In this document: one piece after another, positions 63,471 to 64,000 of the stretch
How positions within the stretch are numbered: the stretch's first letter is position 1
Layout: each line of letters starts with the position of its first letter
Source: Ramazzottius varieornatus
Taxonomy: Eukaryota > Animalia > Tardigrada
Direction of reading: 5' to 3'
Assembly (NCBI GenBank): GCA_001949185.1
Contig: BDGG01000001.1
Coordinates: 3,675,324-3,739,323 of the forward strand
Length of the DNA: 64,000 nt
Position numbers and translations under genes: made by a program
The notes under the pieces: generated by a model
Told to the model about the DNA's origin: nothing
What the model saw: the letters and a program-made list of their open reading frames with translations, nothing else
The model's database searches: none

Positions 63471-64000
63471 ATGACGAACGCCGTCCGCTGAACATCCAGA
63501 GTCTCCGTCCAACTTTGCTCAGTCTTGTAAGAGGCCCGATTTTACTTTCTACGTCCGTCCGACTATCGTTCTTTCCGGTTTCTAAGCTTCTCGATTTTAT
63601 TTTAGAGCATGGTTAGTTCAGTCTGAAGATACAAAAATGTAGTTACAAATCTGGTTATATCTTGTGGCGAATAAACTGAAAAAGTGGCCGCTAGTTCGTC
63701 CATCCTTGGCAGATTATTGGATCATTATTCGCGAGTTAACCATCACTAGCTTCCGGTTGGCCTTTATGGTATTGAGTTTCAGGTGCTTTTTCCAATGTCT
63801 CGGACTTCCCAGCAGCGGCAGGTTATCTCCAAATTTGTACAGCCTGTTGGTAAACCTTACGACGTGAGTCACGTTGCAAAAACCAGTTTTCGATACATTT
63901 ATTGAAGGAGACCGTGTAGTACTCGGAAGGTAACTTGCGTACTTACTTTTTGAACCAGCTATTATTATGAATAAATTTGCTGCCTCGGTACTTCGTAGTT

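Overview
Eukaryotic (animal) genomic DNA with many 45-100 nt GT-AG introns and tightly packed genes. A compact ecdysozoan genome such as a tardigrade is plausible, but this is inference only. 0.5-9.6 kb is an accessory block. It holds an intron-containing, lesioned hAT-family transposase (PIP box, TTF-type zinc finger, intact D/D/E) that runs into a cysteine-protease-like domain whose Ulp1/adenain-type motifs are in circularly permuted order. This unit sits between exons that could splice into a type I membrane protein. Next come a ~1.85 kb array of one ~110-nt unit in alternating orientation, an orphan transmembrane exon and two related MITEs. 10-21 kb: carbonyl reductase, sterol C14-reductase, SLC35F and NOMO. 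22-28 kb: a Slo/BK-family channel that keeps both Ca2+-site motifs but has TVGYG replaced by LLDLS and two S4 arginines replaced by Asn. 28.5-43.2 kb (minus): echinoid, with a ~10 kb intron; this intron and the upstream DNA carry dispersed CACCTGCRTAC-N30-GTAYGCAGGT motifs. 52-63.5 kb: Gly-rich secreted protein, RPS17, trypsin-like protease, neuropeptide-like precursor, METTL1 and an F-box protein. All gene models were spliced by hand; no database searches were run.
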